Below the pieces are notes generated by a model that made no database searches, was not told where the DNA came from, and saw only the letters and a list, made by a program, of their open reading frames with translations. A program made the position numbers and the translations under genes. A stretch of DNA of 64,000 nucleotides from Parcubacteria group bacterium Gr01-1014_31 (GTDB taxonomy: Bacteria; Patescibacteriota; Patescibacteriia; Buchananbacterales; GWA2-38-13): positions 452,360 through 516,359 of the forward strand of contig VMFR01000001.1 in the NCBI GenBank assembly GCA_007376135.1, given 5' to 3'. Positions 59,783 to 64,000 of this stretch are shown one piece after another; positions within the stretch are counted from its first letter, which is position 1, and each line of letters starts with the position of its first letter.

Positions 59783-61537
59783 TTACCTCACCCGCCAGGT
59801 AGAAAACCCACCAAAGGAAAGCTCGGGTACTTGCCGGAAGTACGGTTCAGCGATCAACCGCTTCGGCCAGCGGATGACCTCTTCGCGGCCGCCGTTCGGA
59901 TAGTCGTCGAGCCACAGGTACAGGAGGTAGTCGTCCCCGTCGCCGTACAGGATGAGTTGTTCGATGGGATCAAATACGTTCTTGCGGTGGAACCACTCGG
60001 AAAATTGCGCCGGGGTTTTCGCCAGCGCGAGTATGCGCAGATAGCGGAGGCGCTCGGAGAATCGGGCGGCCGGATGCGAGTAGTGCTGATTGTAGGAAAT
60101 GAACTGTGGCAGCGCAACCTGCGCCTGGAGCGGCGGGAAGAAACTCAAGGCCGTCCTCTTGGCGTCCTCCGGATGCGTGCGGAAATAGTCAGCAAAACGG
60201 GCGGCGGTAACGCTCCCCTGCCGCACTGCTGCTAAGCGCACGGCGGTGGACTCCTGGTCCAGCCACAGGCCGAACGGCAGCGATACGGCAATCGCGATCC
60301 AGGCGAGCAAAAATTTCGTCGCCCCCGTCTGCGGAACGGCGGCCGAAAATCGTTCCCGCAAGACCGCGGCAACGCGGGTGAAACCCTGGGCGGGTGCGCT
60401 TCCCGCGATCCAGACGGTCAGTCCATAGGCGGCGCCGTACGCCAGAATAATCTCCCCGAAAAACGTAAAGCCGCGCGCGCCCTGGAACGGCGCGTCGCCA
60501 AACATCGTCGCTACCAGCGTAACGGCCTGCCAGACGTAACACCCCAACAGCAGCTGCAGCGCGGGACGGATCAGCGGCCGCCGGCGATACGCGACCAACG
60601 CGACCAGCCCGACCCAGAGCCAGGCGCTGCGGGGCGTGAACTCCACGGGCGGAAAAAAATTGAGATCCGAGGCGATAAAGAACGCCGGCTGCCAATTCTC
60701 CATCCCATGCCGGACGTAGCTTGCCGCCAACGGCCACCAGTACCAGAGGGACCCCAAGGCGACAACACCCCCGATCGCTCCCCAGGAAACAAGCTCGCGC
60801 GCCAGCGACCGCGGATTCCGCCAGGGCAAGAACGTCAGCACCGCGATGCCGACCATCACAAACCACAGGTAGTACGTCGTGAACAACGCCGCCCCCAGTA
60901 CCCCGATGGCTAGCATGTGCAGCAACTGCCGCTCGCTGCCCGCCAAAAAACGCCGCACCACGGTGAACCACAAGAGAACCCCCAAAGCGGAGGCAAACTC
61001 ATACGGTTTGGCCAGCACCGACGGAAAATCCACGGCCAGGAACGGGGTGAGCGTCAACAGCAGCGGAAAGAGCGGATTGGCGATGGGCCCGTCCGAGTCA
61101 CGCCGGACCGTGCGCCAAAACCACCAGGAAAGCAGCGGAATGACGAGGGACGCAATGACCCCGGCAAGCTTGGCCGCCCCAACCCCCGTCAGACCAAACA
61201 TTCGGGCGATGCCGCCGATCGAATAAAACCACAGCGGCGGATAAAACGCCGGCAATTTGGCATACGTAAGATCATGCCCGATGCCGTCGGTAATGACCCG
61301 CTGGTAGAACGCCGTGGTCAACGCTTCGTCCCCCTGCAAGCCGCCGAACGGCAGAGGGGTTTGCCAGAGTATGACCACCTGCAGGGTAACGATGGCAGCG
61401 ATCACCGCACCCGCCGCCAGCAGGCATCGCCGCGCGATCTTGCGATTCGTCCATAGGCCCACCCCAAGCACAGCAAACAACAGCATCTTGCCGAACGCGA
61501 GGATATGAATCGTGGACGGCTGGAACGGTGGCAGCAT
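59783..61537 (-). CDS. AftA-like arabinofuranosyltransferase (GT-C)
   Basis: GDE...DLTYAKLPAFYPPLWF...KPYE...HYSHPAARFSERL resembles actinobacterial AftA N- and C-terminal motifs; many TMs. Confidence 0.72.
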   Translation of the reverse strand: MLPPFQPSTIHILAFGKMLLFAVLGVGLWTNRKIARRCLLAAGAVIAAIVTLQVVILWQTPLPFGGLQGDEALTTAFYQRVITDGIGHDLTYAKLPAFYPPLWFYSIGGIARMFGLTGVGAAKLAGVIASLVIPLLSWWFWRTVRRDSDGPIANPLFPLLLTLTPFLAVDFPSVLAKPYEFASALGVLLWFTVVRRFLAGSERQLLHMLAIGVLGAALFTTYYLWFVMVGIAVLTFLPWRNPRSLARELVSWGAIGGVVALGSLWYWWPLAASYVRHGMENWQPAFFIASDLNFFPPVEFTPRSAWLWVGLVALVAYRRRPLIRPALQLLLGCYVWQAVTLVATMFGDAPFQGARGFTFFGEIILAYGAAYGLTVWIAGSAPAQGFTRVAAVLRERFSAAVPQTGATKFLLAWIAIAVSLPFGLWLDQESTAVRLAAVRQGSVTAARFADYFRTHPEDAKRTALSFFPPLQAQVALPQFISYNQHYSHPAARFSERLRYLRILALAKTPAQFSEWFHRKNVFDPIEQLILYGDGDDYLLYLWLDDYPNGGREEVIRWPKRLIAEPYFRQVPELSFGGFSTWRVR

Positions 61538-61539
61538 TA

Positions 61540-62058
61540 TTATTTTTCTGACGGGTAAAAACGCGCTTGATTGGCGTAGAGCCAGGAAAAACAGGGTGGC
61601 ACCTGGGGATGGACCCGAAAGCCGCCCTCCACCAGTGCACGGGCTGATTCTAGGTCATAGAACTCCCCGTACGCAACTTCGCCGTCTGCGAATTGAAATC
61701 CCTCACCCGCAAAGGCAACAAAAAGCTGGACAAAGCGCTGGTGGCCCTGGTCTGAATAGACGAATGCATGAGCCGCCGACAGCGGGACCGTGAGGCCTAA
61801 TTCTTCACGCAACTCTCTGGCCGCGGCCGCAGCATACGATTCGCCGCTGCGCACATGGCCGCCGGCGGATGTGCACCAGTAGCCGGGGAGGTAGGATTTT
61901 GTTTCCGCGCGGCGCTGCAGATAGACCGCACGACGTTCCGGATGCAAGACGAGCACATGCACGACACGGTGCCCAAGTTTACGGCGGTATACCTCCCCCA
62001 TCTCGGCCTGGCCGATGACCACGTCGCGCGCATCCACAATATCCAAGACTTCCGGCAT
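61540..62058 (-). CDS. NUDIX hydrolase (IDI/YfcD-like)
   Basis: HRVVHV, LQRR...K...PGYW..SAGGHV..GES...AA.RELREELGL. Confidence 0.88.
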   Translation of the reverse strand: MPEVLDIVDARDVVIGQAEMGEVYRRKLGHRVVHVLVLHPERRAVYLQRRAETKSYLPGYWCTSAGGHVRSGESYAAAAARELREELGLTVPLSAAHAFVYSDQGHQRFVQLFVAFAGEGFQFADGEVAYGEFYDLESARALVEGGFRVHPQVPPCFSWLYANQARFYPSEK

Positions 62059-62069
62059 ACGACTCCGGG

Positions 62070-62639
62070 TCAGCGGGTAGCCTCGTAGACCGACAGCGGC
62101 GGCAGGTTGGGCCAGACCCGCCGGGCAACGACCCGCGGGAACACCACCCGCAAATGCGCGCCCACCTGCGGCGAGAATTGGTACACGATGAACACCCCGC
62201 CGGGCTTCAGGGCGGCAGCGACCTGGCGCATGATGGCTTCCTGCCGATGCCCGGGGAAAAAACTGAACGGAATGCCCGAGATGGCCGCATCCGCCGGCGG
62301 AAATCCGCGGGCGGAAAGCAGCTCGGACAGATGCTCGGCGGAATCCTGCACGACCGTGAGGCGCGGGTCATGCCACGCGTTGAGCGTCGCGACAAACGTC
62401 GGGTTCAGATCGACGGCCAGCACCCGGCTGTCGGCAGTCATTTGAGACAGCAGGTAACGGGTGAACGCCCCGTTGCCCGGACCCAGCTCGACCACGTTGA
62501 GCGGACGCGAAAAGTCGAGCGGACGGCAGACTTGGACGACGGCACGGGGCGAGGTCGGCACCACCGACGCGATCTTGCCGTCACGCAAAAACGTTCGAAA
62601 AAATTGCCAGCGGCTAGGGTTACTGGGCGTCGCACTCAT
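62070..62639 (-). CDS. SAM-dependent methyltransferase (phospholipid N-methyltransferase-like)
   Basis: IASVVPTS, VVELGPGNGAFT, ISGIPF, LKPGG.F..YQF, NLPP. Confidence 0.85.
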   Translation of the reverse strand: MSATPSNPSRWQFFRTFLRDGKIASVVPTSPRAVVQVCRPLDFSRPLNVVELGPGNGAFTRYLLSQMTADSRVLAVDLNPTFVATLNAWHDPRLTVVQDSAEHLSELLSARGFPPADAAISGIPFSFFPGHRQEAIMRQVAAALKPGGVFIVYQFSPQVGAHLRVVFPRVVARRVWPNLPPLSVYEATR

Positions 62640-63705
62640 ATAAGGCGTCAGGTCCGAAAAATTGCGGGTTGGTACGGTCCAGGCAGCGGTGCAACGGTAC
62701 AAGGTCGGTCAGGGCGTCCACGCCGGTATGGCCGAGCGGGCGCGAGGCGACAAAGATGTACCAACGGCGGATGAGGCCGGCGCGGGTAAAACTGTCGAGC
62801 ACTTCCCTGCCCCCCTCCACCAAAAGACTAGAAATTTCGTGCTGGGCGCACCACGTCAGAACTTCCGCGACGTTGACCCGCCCTTCCTGACGGTCGGTCA
62901 CCAGCACCGGGATACCGGACTGGCGCAGGCCGGCAAGCACGGCCGGGTCGGCATCCTGGGTCGTTGCAACGAGCACGTTCTGGTCGGCCAGCGCCTTGGA
63001 ACCGAGCGGCAACTTGAGCGTGCTGTCCAAAATGATGCGGCGCGGGTCGCGCGGGCGTTCCGGATAGTGGCGGACCGTCAACGCGGGGTCGTCGGTGATG
63101 ACCGTGCCGGCGCCGACCAGGATGGCATCATGGGTCTGGCGCAATTCGTGGGCCTTGCGCTGCGCCTCCTCCCCCGTGATGTGCGTGCGCACGCCGGGCG
63201 CGGCGGCGATCTTCCAATCGCTGCCGATGGCAATTTTGGCGGCGATGTAGGGCGTGCCCGTGGTGATCCAGTGGATAAAGATGCGGTTGAGGGCGCGGCA
63301 TTCTGCCTCGCGCACGCCGACCGTCACGCGGATGCCCGCTTGGCGCAATTTGGCAATGCCCCGGCCCGAAACCTTCGGATTGGGGTCCACCATGCCGACC
63401 ACCACCCGCTTGATGCCGGCGGCAATGATCGCGTCGGTGCAGGGCGGCGTTCTGCCCTGATGGTCGCAGGGCTCCAAATTGACGTACAGGGTCGCCCCGC
63501 GGACCGGCGTTTTCGCGCGCGTAAACGCTGCGGCTTCCGCGTGCGCGCCGCCGAGCTTTTCATGGAAACCATCGGCAATGACGGTCCTGCCGCGCGCGAT
63601 CACCGCCCCCACCAGGGGGTTGGGCGACACCCAGCCCAAACCGCGACGCGCCAATAGCAGGCAGCGCCCCATCATCCGCTTGTCTTGTGCACCGTGGAAC
63701 AACAT
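62620..63705 (-). CDS. ribD: bifunctional riboflavin biosynthesis deaminase/reductase RibD
   Basis: PNPLVGAV, HAE, LEPCDH.GRTPPC, DAILVGAGTV..DDP, LLVEGG. Confidence 0.93.
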   Translation of the reverse strand: MLFHGAQDKRMMGRCLLLARRGLGWVSPNPLVGAVIARGRTVIADGFHEKLGGAHAEAAAFTRAKTPVRGATLYVNLEPCDHQGRTPPCTDAIIAAGIKRVVVGMVDPNPKVSGRGIAKLRQAGIRVTVGVREAECRALNRIFIHWITTGTPYIAAKIAIGSDWKIAAAPGVRTHITGEEAQRKAHELRQTHDAILVGAGTVITDDPALTVRHYPERPRDPRRIILDSTLKLPLGSKALADQNVLVATTQDADPAVLAGLRQSGIPVLVTDRQEGRVNVAEVLTWCAQHEISSLLVEGGREVLDSFTRAGLIRRWYIFVASRPLGHTGVDALTDLVPLHRCLDRTNPQFFGPDALYECDAQ

Positions 63706-63719
63706 TCTAGGATGGTTAC

Positions 63720-64000
63720 ATGCGCTTGTTTCCTCCGGTGCGCGCGATGCTGTTCGACTGGAACGGTACGCTGCTAGCCGACCTTCCGGCGGCCTACCGC
63801 GCCTGGATGGCGTGTTTTAGGCTACTCGGTCGGCCGGAAATCACGCTCGCGGAATTCCGCCGCACCTACGCACTGCCCTGGCAGGCATTCTACCGCCGCC
63901 ATGGGGTCTCCGCCAGGCAACTGCGGCGCGAAGGGAAACGGCTTGCCGCGCGCCATCGGCTCGCGTACGGCACCCCGCCCTTCGCTCCCGGCGCACGGCA
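63720..64000 (+). CDS. HAD family hydrolase (partial, runs off window)
   Basis: Manual translation MRLFPPVRAMLFDWNGTLLAD shows HAD motif I. Confidence 0.75.
   Translation, partial: MRLFPPVRAMLFDWNGTLLADLPAAYRAWMACFRLLGRPEITLAEFRRTYALPWQAFYRRHGVSARQLRREGKRLAARHRLAYGTPPFAPGAR

Noticed and set aside
59676-59903. 75-aa plus-strand ORF upstream of the ncRNA
   Set aside because: It has a TTG start without an SD and overlaps both the promoter/operator and the 3' end of the AftA-like gene.

Overview
High-GC window from a probable CPR/Patescibacteria (Parcubacteria-like) chromosome. This assignment is inferred from the missing rpmD/L30 in the spc cluster, the pilin cluster, several tRNAs without encoded CCA and the compact fermentative metabolism. 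Almost all genes are on the minus strand: pilins, five tRNAs, rpmG, fba/tpiA, scpAB, aspS, recO, ruvX, map/adk, the str-S10-spc ribosomal cluster, a MacAB-like ABC exporter, a split PEP-synthase-like locus with four tandem phosphohistidine-domain paralogs, pgi/tkt/zwf-gnd, an AftA-like GT-C and ribD. The standout is a low-GC island (about 57.84-59.73 kb) with retron-like architecture. It has a consensus sigma70 promoter overlapped by a palindromic operator and a ~430-nt structured leader RNA. These are followed by an unannotated 26-aa amphipathic ORF whose ribosome-binding site pairs with its own stop-codon region, an XRE HTH gene, and a divergent reverse transcriptase (FIDD). Also notable are tRNA genes nested inside split, degenerate copies of themselves, a GIY-YIG gene between tRNA-Tyr fragment duplications, a ~103-bp MITE family sitting right before start codons, and short repeats translated in-frame inside EF-G and Zwf-Gnd. 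All assignments come from motif recognition by eye; no database searches were run.
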